Below, piece by piece: positions 47,204 through 47,710 of a stretch of DNA of 47,710 nucleotides. The stretch covers positions 1-47,710 of the forward strand of contig JBBIQV010000022.1 in the NCBI GenBank assembly GCA_037442105.1, given 5' to 3'. The position numbers were made by a program, and so were the translations under genes. Numbering within the stretch: position 1 is the first letter of the stretch; each line of letters begins with the position of its first letter. The notes beneath the pieces were generated by a model. The model was not told the DNA's origin. It did no database searches and was given only the letters and a program-made list of their open reading frames with translations. The DNA is from Nitrospiraceae bacterium. Its GTDB lineage: Bacteria; Nitrospirota; Nitrospiria; Nitrospirales; Nitrospiraceae.

Positions 47204-47212
47204 GATTGTTTA

Positions 47213-47335
47213 AGCGAGTAGCGAATAGCTAATAGCGAGCAGCTTGCAGCAAGAAGTTCAGAGCTACCCGCTATTCGCTATCAGCTATTCGCCGTTCGCT
47301 GCCAGCTATTCGCTCCTGTTCGAGTGCTATTCGCT
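47213..47335. repeat. Heptamer tandem/inverted repeat hairpin
   Basis: agcgag tagcgaa tagctaa tagcgag cagc ... gctaccc gctattc gctatca gctattc ... gctattcgct. Confidence 0.85.
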
Positions 47336-47343
47336 TCTTACCA

Positions 47344-47710
47344 TCAGAACGTAATCCCGACGTACGGCCCGACTTGGAAGTAATCGTTGTTCGTGTTGGT
47401 CATACGGCCCGTCACGTGATAGCGAGCATCCATCCCGACTTTGAAGGCCTTCCAGACTGCATACTCGAATCCTGCACCGAACTGGACGCCGAGATCGAGA
47501 TACTGCGTGCGATTCGAGGGTGGGCTGATCACGTGGAAATCAAGACCGATCGGAATGATCCAGGGACGAAAGGCACTGCCATCCATGAACTTGATCTTCG
47601 GCGCCACGTCGATGGTCATCATGGTGAGTTGGACTTTCTGGGGATCAGCCACAAGCGCATCATTAAGGGTGCGTTGAGCTATGCTCCCTGCTACATTATT
47701 CACTCTGGAT
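47344..47710 (-). CDS. Outer-membrane beta-barrel protein (OmpW/OmpA-like), 5' end outside the window
   Basis: Alternating beta strands 'GVQFGAGFEY', 'VGMDARYH' and C-terminal 'VGPYVGITF' ending in Phe. Confidence 0.75.
   Translation of the reverse strand, partial: SRVNNVAGSIAQRTLNDALVADPQKVQLTMMTIDVAPKIKFMDGSAFRPWIIPIGLDFHVISPPSNRTQYLDLGVQFGAGFEYAVWKAFKVGMDARYHVTGRMTNTNNDYFQVGPYVGITF

Overview
GC-rich bacterial chromosome segment. Gene content and repeat style suggest Nitrospirota (Nitrospira-like); this is an inference, not a database result. There are four blocks. (1) 1-7.7 kb is core-like: a broken AAA+/DUF4143 gene, an ABC ATPase-pyrD-FtsX-like permease unit, and comF-fmdB-HTH-mraZ-like-rusA. 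(2) 7.7-23.8 kb is an accessory, partly decaying region: a nucleotidyltransferase, a four-gene two-component cluster, hypothetical proteins, internally deleted mgtA and glucan phosphorylase pseudogenes, a VIT-family gene and an Mla/MCE ABC operon. (3) 23.9-45.9 kb is the most interesting part: about 28 co-directional minus-strand genes headed by an FNR-like regulator with a CRP/FNR-type box and a hemerythrin-like protein. It encodes a two-domain multicopper oxidase with T1 Cu ligands in both domains, three cupredoxin-type proteins, four small exported OB-fold-like proteins, His-rich membrane and exported proteins, and a TIGR01212 radical SAM enzyme. It also encodes two TPR, two NHL and two Cys-less FGE-fold proteins, an FAD monooxygenase, a VOC protein, an ODP-like di-iron protein, an acyl-CoA desaturase, a ThDP decarboxylase and a CopD-like protein. 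I interpret it as a candidate oxygen-regulated copper redox system that I cannot match to a described pathway. (4) 46-47.7 kb holds an AhbD/NirJ-like radical SAM gene and the 3' part of an outer-membrane beta-barrel gene. Degenerate heptamer tandem/inverted repeats fill many intergenic gaps, and a hexamer version lies in frame inside the AhbD-like gene. No rRNA, tRNA, CRISPR array, transposase or integrase was recognised.
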